DNA from: a virus
Length of the DNA: 64,000 nucleotides
Virus record (IMG/VR): IMGVR_UViG_3300031963_000066
Location: 20,668 to 84,667 of that record
Reading direction: 5' to 3' (one strand)
The notes beneath the pieces are model-generated. The model saw only the letters and a list, made by a program, of their open reading frames with translations, searched no databases and had not been told where the DNA came from. Positions 1 to 9,126 of the stretch are shown here, piece by piece; positions within the stretch are counted from its first letter, which is position 1; each line of letters opens with the position of its first letter. The translations under genes and the position numbers were made by a program.

Positions 1-98
1 GCTGTAACAGCTTTCTTGTATGGGTCTTTGATGGACTCTAGGCCTTCGTGCTCAAGCACTGGTGCCCATTTTTTTTGTAGTTCTTCTGTTAGATACAT
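1..98 (-). CDS. gp23: Major capsid protein, 5' fragment (runs off the window)
   Basis: Not in the ORF track. Manual translation from ATG at 98 gives MYLTEELQKKWAPVLEHEGLESIKDPYKKAVT, a typical gp23 N-terminus (KWAPVL). GGAG RBS at about 105-110; directly downstream of gp22. Confidence 0.9.
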   Translation of the reverse strand, partial: MYLTEELQKKWAPVLEHEGLESIKDPYKKAVT

Positions 99-140
99 TT
101 AGTATTCTCCTTGTAAGTATCTTTTAATGGTAAAGTTTAT

Positions 141-1400
141 TTATTTTACCAACGATTTTGAGATTGTTTGTGCGTACTGTGCAATAGCAGGATCAACAGA
201 TGCTGTTGGCTTCTTGTCTTCCTCGATTTCTACTGCTTCGTGTAATGCAGAACTTTCAATCGCTTTTACTGGAGTTTGGAAGTATGAATCTACCAATGTT
301 TCCAATTTACGACCAAATTCTTCTTCTGTGGTAAAGTCAACACTCTCTGCGAGTGATTTCAATTTTTCCACTTGGGTCTGCGTTAGGCCTTCACATACTG
401 CATGTATAGCCTCTGTTTTTTTGTATTCGTTAATTTGTTTCTTCATTTCAACGGCAGTTCTAATTTGCTCGTTTAGTGAGTCTTCCAATTCTTCAACTTT
501 GTCGGTCAATTCTTCGACAACATTTACTTTTTCTTCTGGAATATCAATGTAGTGATCTTCGAACAAGGTCTTCATACCACGGATGAAATCTTCAACGATT
601 TCTGCACGAAGGCCTTTTTCGATTGCCAATTGATTTTCTTTGAACCATTCTTCAGCCATGTAGTTGATGTAGTCATCTAATTTCTTAGACAAATCTTCTT
701 TGATTTCTTCAACTGAAGCTTCGAATTCTTCGTACATTGCTTCTTCAACATCTTCCATAATGGCTTGTGAACGAGCAATAACGGCTGCTTCGAAAATTGT
801 GGTTGCTTTTGTTTTGAATTCTTCGGTCAATTCTTCACCTGAAAGCAATGCACCAACATCTTGGTCCATTTGTTCTTTCATTTTTTGTTTCTTCATCATA
901 GACTTAATCATTGCTTTGTCTTCGGCTGCATCTTCATGGCCTTCTTTTTCTTCAGCAACTACTTCTTCTTCTGTTTCCACTTCTTCTGGAACATAAGGTG
1001 CGGTTGCGCCAGGATTGGAATGCATTGTTTGTGTTGCCAACTTAGCCTTGATTCTGTCACGAATGGCAGAATAGTCTGTTGCAGCTGCTTGAACAGCTTT
1101 GTGTTCAGAACCTTGTGAGTCAGCTGGACCTGTCAACTTGCCGCCTGGTTGTGAACCAATTGGTGGTGTTGCGCCAGGAGGTGTTGCTGTTGGAACACCT
1201 TTGGTGTAATCACCAGTTTCGTCATCTTGTTTCTTGATTTCACCAGCAACTTCACCAGCATCTTTCATGCCATAGGCAACAGATGTAGGTAGTTTAGATG
1301 GACCGTCTTTGTGACCACTACGCACAGAGGCTTCAAGATTTTCTTTTGCACCTTCTGTTAGAATAGCTTTAGCGGCGTCTGTCAGATTAAATTTTCCCAT
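141..1400 (-). CDS. gp22: Prohead core scaffold protein
   Basis: Acidic coiled-coil protein with ELTEEFKTKATTIFEAAV and LDDYINYMAEEW motifs; lies between gp21 and gp23. Confidence 0.92.
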   Translation of the reverse strand: MGKFNLTDAAKAILTEGAKENLEASVRSGHKDGPSKLPTSVAYGMKDAGEVAGEIKKQDDETGDYTKGVPTATPPGATPPIGSQPGGKLTGPADSQGSEHKAVQAAATDYSAIRDRIKAKLATQTMHSNPGATAPYVPEEVETEEEVVAEEKEGHEDAAEDKAMIKSMMKKQKMKEQMDQDVGALLSGEELTEEFKTKATTIFEAAVIARSQAIMEDVEEAMYEEFEASVEEIKEDLSKKLDDYINYMAEEWFKENQLAIEKGLRAEIVEDFIRGMKTLFEDHYIDIPEEKVNVVEELTDKVEELEDSLNEQIRTAVEMKKQINEYKKTEAIHAVCEGLTQTQVEKLKSLAESVDFTTEEEFGRKLETLVDSYFQTPVKAIESSALHEAVEIEEDKKPTASVDPAIAQYAQTISKSLVK

Positions 1401-1429
1401 TTTGAGAATCTCCTTGATTTTATATTGGA

Positions 1430-1437
1430 TATTTATA
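1430..1437 (-). promoter_or_regulatory. T4-type late promoter TATAAATA upstream of gp22
   Basis: Exact TATAAATA on the minus strand, 30 nt before the gp22 ATG, with an AAGGAG RBS between them. Confidence 0.8.
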
Positions 1438-1438
1438 A

Positions 1439-2083
1439 TTAAAGTTTTTTGATGAAGTTTTCGAATATTTTTAAACTTACTTGTTCAATTTCTTTACGAG
1501 AAGCTTGTTTGATTTCTCTCTTAGCTTGTTCGTATTGAACTTCAGTCCATATTCCACCCACCATCATCCACTCTTTACCTTCCATAATACCTTGCACAAA
1601 AGCACCAGGCGCAGAAGGGTCTGCTACAATATCTGCCGCTGTGGCCAGATGAAAGTCATCTTGAACTATGTTAACACCATTGACAGCTTTAAGAGAACCC
1701 ATACCACGGGAAGAAACACCTAGTTGTCCTCCACCCTCGATAAGATTTCTCGCAATGTTGCCCATTGGCGTTTCAAGAATTTTAGCTTTGCCTATCCAAT
1801 CAGTTCCTTCTTGGCGCAGACCCACAATAATGTGAGACACACGGTCAAGATTGATAGATGGGGTGTCTGGATGACCCAGTTCACCAAAGGCACGATTTTT
1901 TTCTACAGATTCGGTCACATAACGGCCAACTTCTTTACGCATGGTTTCTTCTTTATACATGCGACCGTTTTTGTTAACTCTTTCAGAAACTAGAAATGGA
2001 CCTTCAATGAAAAGAGTTCTCTTTCCATCTTTTTCTTCCACCAAATAGTTTACTGATTCGGTAATTTCTTTAATAAGTTTCAT
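1439..2083 (-). CDS. gp21: Prohead maturation protease
   Basis: GELGHP, VSSRGMGS and ADIVADPSAPGAFV motifs of T4 gp21. Confidence 0.96.
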   Translation of the reverse strand: MKLIKEITESVNYLVEEKDGKRTLFIEGPFLVSERVNKNGRMYKEETMRKEVGRYVTESVEKNRAFGELGHPDTPSINLDRVSHIIVGLRQEGTDWIGKAKILETPMGNIARNLIEGGGQLGVSSRGMGSLKAVNGVNIVQDDFHLATAADIVADPSAPGAFVQGIMEGKEWMMVGGIWTEVQYEQAKREIKQASRKEIEQVSLKIFENFIKKL

Positions 2084-2091
2084 TTTGGTCC

Positions 2092-2643
2092 TTATGGTTT
2101 CATGCCGTAACTACCATAATTAAAGGCAGCAGGATCGGTAAACTGTCCACGCTCATAGTGTGCGTTGTCTTTACGCAATTCCATAATGATTGTATAACCT
2201 GAGTTTGCTACTTGACCTCTTGTGCAAATTGCAATATCTCCGTTGTTCCATGTTGTGGCTGTATTAGATACAGTTGGATTTTTAATAGTAATCCAGTTAC
2301 CGGCACCATCATATTCACCACTACCTTGCATGAATATAATTGGTACACCAGAATTAGCTAAATCACTTCTACTGTTTGCCCAATATAATTGTACATCACT
2401 GCTGCCACTATCTGAATCATACCATATACGGTGTATTGTCAAACCATAATAGTACAATGGTCCTGTGTTTGCAGTTGATGACAATAGATTTGCTCTTGAG
2501 TAATCTAAAGCACCATATAAAGTGTTTGCTTGGATTCTGGCCACATTGTTTTCTTGACCTGTACCATCAAATTCACCAGTAAGTTTGATGACTGCATGTT
2601 GCGTATCATCTTTTAATACTTGATATGAAAATTTGTTTGCCAT
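2092..2643 (-). CDS. Hypothetical head-module protein (183 aa)
   Basis: Clean ORF with its own late promoter, inside the head cluster; no recognisable motif. Confidence 0.7.
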   Translation of the reverse strand: MANKFSYQVLKDDTQHAVIKLTGEFDGTGQENNVARIQANTLYGALDYSRANLLSSTANTGPLYYYGLTIHRIWYDSDSGSSDVQLYWANSRSDLANSGVPIIFMQGSGEYDGAGNWITIKNPTVSNTATTWNNGDIAICTRGQVANSGYTIIMELRKDNAHYERGQFTDPAAFNYGSYGMKP

Positions 2644-2670
2644 TTGTAATCCCTGTTATTGTTTGAATAA

Positions 2671-2678
2671 TATTTATA
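2671..2678 (-). promoter_or_regulatory. Late promoter TATAAATA
   Basis: Exact consensus 28 nt upstream of the ATG at 2643. Confidence 0.8.
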
Positions 2679-2692
2679 CCAATATGACAAAA

Positions 2693-2884
2693 TTAAGCTG
2701 ATGCTTGAATCGCTTCATCTTCAACAGCTGCTTCTGGTGGATTCATTATGTTTTGTGCAACCACTTGTTTGTGTGCTTCGATATGTGCCATCACTCTGTC
2801 TTGTAATGCAGAATACAAAGCATCACGCATTTCTTTTGCGCTGTCGTTTTCTGCATAGTCTAATATTTCTCTTGCTGTTGCCAT
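2693..2884 (-). CDS. Small prohead core protein (gp67-like)
   Basis: 63-aa acidic helical protein immediately after the portal gene, in the gp67 position; GGAG RBS. Confidence 0.6.
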   Translation of the reverse strand: MATAREILDYAENDSAKEMRDALYSALQDRVMAHIEAHKQVVAQNIMNPPEAAVEDEAIQASA

Positions 2885-2897
2885 GTTTATCTCCTAA

Positions 2898-4628
2898 TTA
2901 TAATATACGCTTTAATCTAGTGAAGGTGGTATCTTCTAAACTCAAATCACCTTTAACTGGCTTTGAACCACTAGAACTCTTTGCTTTTGAATCTCCTGAT
3001 GATGAACCACCAGAACTTCCACCAGCTTGACCTTGGTCAGGCATTAATTGTGCCTGTTGTACCATCTGGTCAGTTTGAACTTGGCCAAGCATTTGTTGTT
3101 GTGCAACATCATTAGTTACTGCAACAGGTAAACCAAGACCCATATCTTTTTCTTTGTCAATTTGTTTTTGCATTCCATCAATCTCATCATCTGTTAGGCG
3201 CAATACATTTTGTTGAATCCACTTCTGAGAGAAATAACGGCCTGTGTATGGATCAACCGCAGCCAACAAAGACAATCTTTGATTAATTAATTCTGCTTCT
3301 TTTAATTCGGCAAAATTATTATCTCTAATAAAATTATAGTGAATGTTTTCTTTGAACAAGTTCCATTCTTCATTGGTACAAATACCTTTTAGTACACACT
3401 GTACACGAAGAGCTTGGTCAAAAACATCCGAAAATTTGTTGCGTAGCCTATCAACAAACTTAGAAAACTTTAATTCATCTCTGGTAATCTCTGATGTACG
3501 ACCAAGAGAGAAACTTTGATTCGGTTCCAATCTAGAAACTGGCACACACAATGCACCATACAATTTCTTTTGGAAGTACTTAACATCTTCCAACTCACCT
3601 AGGTTTTGACCACCAGGTAATGTGGTGATCTCTGTACCTTTACCACCTTCACGGCGAGGTAACCAGAAATCTTCCATCATTGACATAAACTTACGGTCAT
3701 CACGGACTTCACCTGTGTTTGCATCATAGACAAGTTTGTTTTTATACTTGACCATAATGTCACGGAGGTATTGTTCTGCCTTTAACTTAGGAAGATTGCC
3801 AACGTCAATATAAAAGATACGGCGCTCAGGAGCCCGTGAAATACGATAGATAACAGTTGCATCTTCAATCATCCTTAGTTGATTCAAAGGTTTAATTGCC
3901 TTGTGTAGGTAGGACAATACAACTGCTCTGCGTGAATCCATAAGGCCAGAAACCACCGAGATGATTGAATCTGTTGTGATGCGTGTACCGACTGGTCCAA
4001 AGTTTGAGGCTGATCCTGAGACTACCTTGTCGTTGTAGATGTAGTACTCATTCACAGGTTTCATAATCTCCACACCTGTGCGTTCATCCTTTTGTTTCTT
4101 GATCTCACGGACTTTACGCAATCTACGTGGATCAATATATCTTAACTCTTTGATACCTTCTTGTGGATTCTCACGGTCAATAATTACGTGATAATACATT
4201 CTACCGTCAACATAGTAACGGCGGAAAATATCTTGAGCCATGTTTTGGTAATTGAACAAACGAAGAATGGTATTGAATTCTTCTCTGATGGCTTTTTTGA
4301 TTTTATCTGGTTGTTTTAAATCGTCCAGAATAATTTCAGTAATTTTACCATCATCATCTTGTACAATAGCTTCATTAACTATATCATCTATCGCAGATTC
4401 AATTTCTGGTTGCATTGCCATTTCACGGTAACGAGAAATAAGTTCTACCTCATTCTTTGCAGTACCGTCTAGGTCAACATATGTGCCGTAATAAGCGGCA
4501 GATGTAATAGTTAATGCGCCATCATCCGTAGCCGGAGGCGCAAAAGATTGTTGAACGACTTTTTCTTCCTCATCTTGTTGACGAGAAATTGTAAAACCGA
4601 ACAGTGAAAATTTATTTGTATTTGCCAT
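2898..4628 (-). CDS. gp20: Portal protein
   Basis: YRISRAPERRIFYIDVGNLPK and EDFWLPRREGGKGTEITTLPGGQNLGE motifs. Confidence 0.97.
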   Translation of the reverse strand: MANTNKFSLFGFTISRQQDEEEKVVQQSFAPPATDDGALTITSAAYYGTYVDLDGTAKNEVELISRYREMAMQPEIESAIDDIVNEAIVQDDDGKITEIILDDLKQPDKIKKAIREEFNTILRLFNYQNMAQDIFRRYYVDGRMYYHVIIDRENPQEGIKELRYIDPRRLRKVREIKKQKDERTGVEIMKPVNEYYIYNDKVVSGSASNFGPVGTRITTDSIISVVSGLMDSRRAVVLSYLHKAIKPLNQLRMIEDATVIYRISRAPERRIFYIDVGNLPKLKAEQYLRDIMVKYKNKLVYDANTGEVRDDRKFMSMMEDFWLPRREGGKGTEITTLPGGQNLGELEDVKYFQKKLYGALCVPVSRLEPNQSFSLGRTSEITRDELKFSKFVDRLRNKFSDVFDQALRVQCVLKGICTNEEWNLFKENIHYNFIRDNNFAELKEAELINQRLSLLAAVDPYTGRYFSQKWIQQNVLRLTDDEIDGMQKQIDKEKDMGLGLPVAVTNDVAQQQMLGQVQTDQMVQQAQLMPDQGQAGGSSGGSSSGDSKAKSSSGSKPVKGDLSLEDTTFTRLKRIL

Positions 4629-4651
4629 ATTTTGTGTGTAATTATAAAATC

Positions 4652-4680
4652 AAAAAAACATGGAGGGCACAAGGCCCTCC
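4652..4680 (-). terminator. Rho-independent terminator after gp19
   Basis: Minus strand GGAGGGC-cttgt-GCCCTCC (7-bp stem) followed by ATG and T7, just after the gp19 stop. Confidence 0.8.
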
Positions 4681-4687
4681 TCATATA

Positions 4688-5230
4688 TCAAGATGTTGTA
4701 TTTGTTTCCCAGAATTGGTAAGCAAATGTACAAGTATATTCCTCAATTGCATCATTTGAACCCCAATCTAAATCAATTGGTGCCAAGTCGAGTGGGAACA
4801 TACCAACAAAGTTGTATTTCTTTAGTTCGTTTCCAGTTTTGCCGTATTGTGTAACACTTGCATCTACAGAGTAACCTGTAGAAGATGCTGCAGCACCAGA
4901 ACGAACATTGGTTGCGTGGCTGTTTATTGCGTTCATCCATGATTCTAAAGAATTTCGTATTGCGAAATCTTCATCGTTGATGATTGTCAATGTCCAGTCG
5001 GCGAAAGTTCTGTTTCCAGGAAACTTCATTTCACGACCAAAGTAATAAACAGGTACTGTACCAATTGTTGAACCTGGTAACTGTGCAGCTTTGGCCATGA
5101 AATTAACTTTCTGACCTGCTAATGCACCGTTTTCGGCTAGTGTTGGAAAAACTAAAGAGACTGAGAACAGATTAGGACGGGCACCGTCACCAATCATGTT
5201 CGCTCTAAATTCTGCTACGTTGAATGCCAT
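4688..5230 (-). CDS. gp19: Tail tube protein
   Basis: GARPNLF, GNRTFADWTLTIINDEDF and IEEYTCTFAYQFW motifs. Confidence 0.96.
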   Translation of the reverse strand: MAFNVAEFRANMIGDGARPNLFSVSLVFPTLAENGALAGQKVNFMAKAAQLPGSTIGTVPVYYFGREMKFPGNRTFADWTLTIINDEDFAIRNSLESWMNAINSHATNVRSGAAASSTGYSVDASVTQYGKTGNELKKYNFVGMFPLDLAPIDLDWGSNDAIEEYTCTFAYQFWETNTTS

Positions 5231-5251
5231 TGTATTCTCCTATTGTCGTTT

Positions 5252-5259
5252 TATTTATT
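5252..5259 (-). promoter_or_regulatory. Late promoter (AATAAATA) for gp19
   Basis: 7/8 match to consensus upstream of an AGGAG RBS; overlaps the gp18 stop. Confidence 0.6.
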
Positions 5260-6943
5260 AGGCTGCGCCAACAACTGTAGTGAAGTCAACACCAGTTCCA
5301 ACAGCAACAAAATTCAACTGAATGTAGTTAATTGAACGAGCAGGTTTGATGTAGATATCACCAACAAATTGGTTGCTGTCAATTATTTGTGCTGTGTTGT
5401 TTGTTGAATCACAAACAACTTTGAAATCTGTGATACCACGGCGACCTTGAATGTCACGCAAGAATGGAACTACTAAAGCAGTAAACTGAGCACGGGTGAA
5501 TTCATCGTTCAATTCAAACAATGAATATTTTGCTGCTTGTGCAATTGCTTTTTCCAGAACAATGAACAGTCTACGAACATTGATTCTATCAAATGCAGAT
5601 GGTCTTGACAACAATGTTTTGTCACCAAACAACAATGTACCTTGGCCAGGTAAAGACACAACAGGGTTTACACCTTGTTTGTACAATGCATCACGGAATG
5701 TTTTAGTTGGGTTCCATGCCAATTTAACGCAGTTCTTAATAGCACCACGGTTTAGACCAGCAGGTGAGAACCATGGATCTCTTACTGTATCGGTATTAAC
5801 ACACAAACCAGCAATGTCAGCATTCAATGGCATCCAACGATATGTATTGTTGTATTTGTCTAGTTGATATTTCCAACCAGAATCTGCAACAACATATGAA
5901 GATGATCTTGACAATGCAGATAACCAGTTTGTAATATTTGTGGATTCACTTCCACCTTGGTTAACAACATCAACATATCTTGGAGAAACAAATGCAACAC
6001 AATCTGCTCTAGAGATTGCAACATTGTCAATTACATATTGTTGAACTGTAACGCTATGGTCACCAGTCAATACTAATGAAATGTCAACAGCTTCTTTGTT
6101 AACAAATAAGTCATATGCGGTTTGTAAATTTCCATCTGTTGGTGGAGTAGTAACGCCATTTGATAGTGTTACTACTGCTATTGCTGCAGGATCAGCAAAA
6201 GTTTTACCAAGCGCTGTTGTGCCCCATGTTGCACTTGTTGTTGAATAATCAACTGGATCCATTACATAAACATATTTTGAGTTATTGAAAATAACTTGTT
6301 TATAGTAATTAGATGTACCATTTATTACGGCATCTGATGCAGCAGAAACAAAACCATATGTTTCTAAAACCGTTCCTGCAACACCAGTAATATTACCTAA
6401 TTTGTCAATAACAACAATGTGCATTTCATCTGCCACGCCATTCACAGATGTTGCATATTCTGATGTGCCTGGTGCAGAAGTAAAATATGAATTATATGCC
6501 CAAGATGAAAACAGACCACTAGTAGCACAAACTTGAACTTCTAATGAATTTCCTAGTGTGCCTGGATATCTTGCAACAAAAGAACCATATGTGTTTGAAT
6601 TGCCTGCCAACAAATATGTAGCTTCATATACATCTTCATTTTTAATTTGTACAGCCTGACCGGCTCCAGCATTTCTTGCTGCAGTACCAACAGCTCTGAC
6701 AACACTTAAACTGTTACCGTAAGCCAAGAAATTGGAACAAGTAAAAAAAGATGTTGCTGTAGATGTGTCTGGTTTACCGAATGTGCTCGCAAGTGTTATT
6801 TCATCACCAATCAATTTTATTTTATCTGCTGGACCCCATTGAAATGTTCCAGCAAATGCACCGGCCGTAGTTTGTACTGATGGAACGACTGTAGTTAGGT
6901 CGATCTCCGATACATTTACGCCTGGAGAGATTTGAAATGCCAT
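5258..6943 (-). CDS. gp18: Tail sheath protein
   Basis: SPGVNVSEIDLT N-terminus; PWFSPAG, FDRINVRRLF and YIKPARSINYIQLNFVA motifs. Confidence 0.97.
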   Translation of the reverse strand: MAFQISPGVNVSEIDLTTVVPSVQTTAGAFAGTFQWGPADKIKLIGDEITLASTFGKPDTSTATSFFTCSNFLAYGNSLSVVRAVGTAARNAGAGQAVQIKNEDVYEATYLLAGNSNTYGSFVARYPGTLGNSLEVQVCATSGLFSSWAYNSYFTSAPGTSEYATSVNGVADEMHIVVIDKLGNITGVAGTVLETYGFVSAASDAVINGTSNYYKQVIFNNSKYVYVMDPVDYSTTSATWGTTALGKTFADPAAIAVVTLSNGVTTPPTDGNLQTAYDLFVNKEAVDISLVLTGDHSVTVQQYVIDNVAISRADCVAFVSPRYVDVVNQGGSESTNITNWLSALSRSSSYVVADSGWKYQLDKYNNTYRWMPLNADIAGLCVNTDTVRDPWFSPAGLNRGAIKNCVKLAWNPTKTFRDALYKQGVNPVVSLPGQGTLLFGDKTLLSRPSAFDRINVRRLFIVLEKAIAQAAKYSLFELNDEFTRAQFTALVVPFLRDIQGRRGITDFKVVCDSTNNTAQIIDSNQFVGDIYIKPARSINYIQLNFVAVGTGVDFTTVVGAA

Positions 6944-6991
6944 TTTATTCTCCTTGAATTATTATGTTCTTTTGGCAAAATACCATAAGTA

Positions 6992-6999
6992 TATTTATG
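6992..6999 (-). promoter_or_regulatory. Late promoter (CATAAATA) for gp18
   Basis: 7/8 match to consensus in the gp17-gp18 intergenic region. Confidence 0.65.
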
Positions 7000-7010
7000 A
7001 AAGGCTGGAT

Positions 7011-8702
7011 TTACAACCTCTCCATCATCTTTCTTGTGAAACTTGCATAGACTTCTCCACCATCTGCAACTTCCCATACATCACCACCCATAATCTCAAA
7101 ATCATGTTCTAGGCCATCCTCAATGATCGGTGCAGGTAGAACATCATCGTCCATCTGGTTCATACTTTCCAGTTGGATTTGTTTACGGATATCGTGGTTT
7201 ACAATTTCTTTAAAATATTGTTGAGTTGTTACCCATGAGAAAATGACCAGTGACATTACCATGTCATCATTTGCACCTTCTTCCGCAGAGAAAGAATTCT
7301 TTTGTTGAACAAAAGTTGTTAGTTCGGAATAGGTATCAAAGTCATTTATCAATAGTTTGTCACCCTCAATCAAAGTTTTTAGGTTGGAACACCCAATTGC
7401 CTTGACTTGTGGTGACATTTTCAGACCCATTTGAATACCACGGGCAAATCCGGCAGACAATTGTTGAGGCTTTTTGTTGCCTGTAAATATTTTCCATAGG
7501 TTCTCATACTCAAAGTCTGAGTGTAGTGAGTCTGCAACCTGTGGATTATTGTTAATCTCTACCAGAATATATGCGTCATTGTAATATCTGGCTGTATTGT
7601 ATATGACTGTAGGAAATAATATTGGTGTAATTGACGAACTCTTATATGTGGCCACCTGTTTATACGGTGTCTGTGAGATATCAATGACAGAAAATGCCGA
7701 ACTGTCTAGGTTTTTACCTTCAGATACATCGACCGTTATACAATATAGGTGGTCAGATTTAGATTCGTTGACACCTTCTTTGACTGGATGTTCATAGATT
7801 TTCAACAAATCGTGGTTCGCAACAGGGTCCACATAGACCAGTTGTTGTAATTTGTATCCGGAAACCAAAGTATTTGAAGAACCCAAGAACTCTGTTTCAA
7901 ACTCCTGTTTGAATTGTCTTTCGGAGGTGTTTCGGATTGTTTCTTCTTTCCATTTTTCATCACGACCTGGTACCATAGACCAGTGAATTTCAAATGGCTT
8001 GTAGTCATTCTTCTTGTTGATTGAGTCCATCCATAGTTTGTAGAATAGATTCATACCATTAGGTGTAGACACAATAATAATCTTTGTCTTTTTACCTGAT
8101 GAAATTACAGGGTAAACGGAGTTGAAGAATTCTTCCGCAATATTGGTTGGAACGAAAGCAAATTCGTCCAAGAATACGATGTTAAATGCACCACCACGAA
8201 TGGCGGAACTTGATGTGGACGCAGCGATAATCTTAGAACCATTCTCTAGTTCTACATTACCTTTGTTCCAGGTAACAACACCTTGTTGCAACCACATAGG
8301 TAAGTTTTCGTATGCCAGTTGGTACTTGGCTAAAATATCTCTTGCCAAAGAACCTTTGTTGGCCAAGACTGCACAGTTTTGTGTGTCTTTGAAGATTGTT
8401 TCCCATAACATATATGCAACTGTTGTGGTAGTCTTACCAACCTGACGGGGACACTTGGTGATAACGAAACGATTGTTTGCAAAAAGTGTAATCATTTCCT
8501 CTTGGAAAGGCCACATCTTAAAGTTAATCAAACCCTCATCAACGTTAACAATCTTTACATAATTTTTTGCAAAATAGATAGGGTCTTTTGAACACTTAAT
8601 GTATTCATCAACCTGCTCTTGGGTATATTCTACCTTAACACCAGCTTTTTTAAGTAAAGGGTTATCCCGATATGCTTCACCAAATCTTAAATCACCACTC
8701 AT
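7011..8702 (-). CDS. gp17: Terminase large subunit
   Basis: Walker A (PRQVGKTT), Walker B (IVFLDEFAF), STPNG coupling motif, and nuclease motifs DVSEG and NDDMVMSL. Confidence 0.97.
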   Translation of the reverse strand: MSGDLRFGEAYRDNPLLKKAGVKVEYTQEQVDEYIKCSKDPIYFAKNYVKIVNVDEGLINFKMWPFQEEMITLFANNRFVITKCPRQVGKTTTTVAYMLWETIFKDTQNCAVLANKGSLARDILAKYQLAYENLPMWLQQGVVTWNKGNVELENGSKIIAASTSSSAIRGGAFNIVFLDEFAFVPTNIAEEFFNSVYPVISSGKKTKIIIVSTPNGMNLFYKLWMDSINKKNDYKPFEIHWSMVPGRDEKWKEETIRNTSERQFKQEFETEFLGSSNTLVSGYKLQQLVYVDPVANHDLLKIYEHPVKEGVNESKSDHLYCITVDVSEGKNLDSSAFSVIDISQTPYKQVATYKSSSITPILFPTVIYNTARYYNDAYILVEINNNPQVADSLHSDFEYENLWKIFTGNKKPQQLSAGFARGIQMGLKMSPQVKAIGCSNLKTLIEGDKLLINDFDTYSELTTFVQQKNSFSAEEGANDDMVMSLVIFSWVTTQQYFKEIVNHDIRKQIQLESMNQMDDDVLPAPIIEDGLEHDFEIMGGDVWEVADGGEVYASFTRKMMERL

Positions 8703-9112
8703 TCTTTACCTTTAAGTAACTTATTCAGTTCTGCGGTTGAACCAACAAAGATAGCTTTATCAATCTTAGTGTCACCTTCTTTTGGTTTGCCATCCATTGT
8801 ACGCATTTGTTTTTGTACCGCAAGTAGTTCTTTATTTGCATCCACCACATTCTTCAACAGTGTACCATACACCTCAAAGGCTCTAGGATGTTGGCCTGCT
8901 TTTGCAATGTTGAGTATTTCTTCCATGGCTTCTTTGCCCTGGTCGATAAGGTCTTGTAGATTATCTTTTGTTTGTTGATATGCATCTTCCAAATCATTCT
9001 TTAAATCTGGACCATCCTGAGATTTTGTAACCACCGGCAACAAAGGTTTTTCTTTTTGTTCTACCGGTGTTACATCAAATAATTTTTCCATGTTCTTGTC
9101 AAATGTATTCAT
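8699..9112 (-). CDS. gp16: Terminase small subunit
   Basis: HPRAFEV and IFVGSTAEL motifs; overlaps the gp17 start. Confidence 0.93.
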   Translation of the reverse strand: MNTFDKNMEKLFDVTPVEQKEKPLLPVVTKSQDGPDLKNDLEDAYQQTKDNLQDLIDQGKEAMEEILNIAKAGQHPRAFEVYGTLLKNVVDANKELLAVQKQMRTMDGKPKEGDTKIDKAIFVGSTAELNKLLKGKE

Positions 9113-9126
9113 AGTTTTTATATTAA

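Noticed and set aside
2898-8702. Introns or inteins in the portal, sheath or terminase genes
   Set aside because: All are uninterrupted ORFs of ordinary length with no intein motifs.
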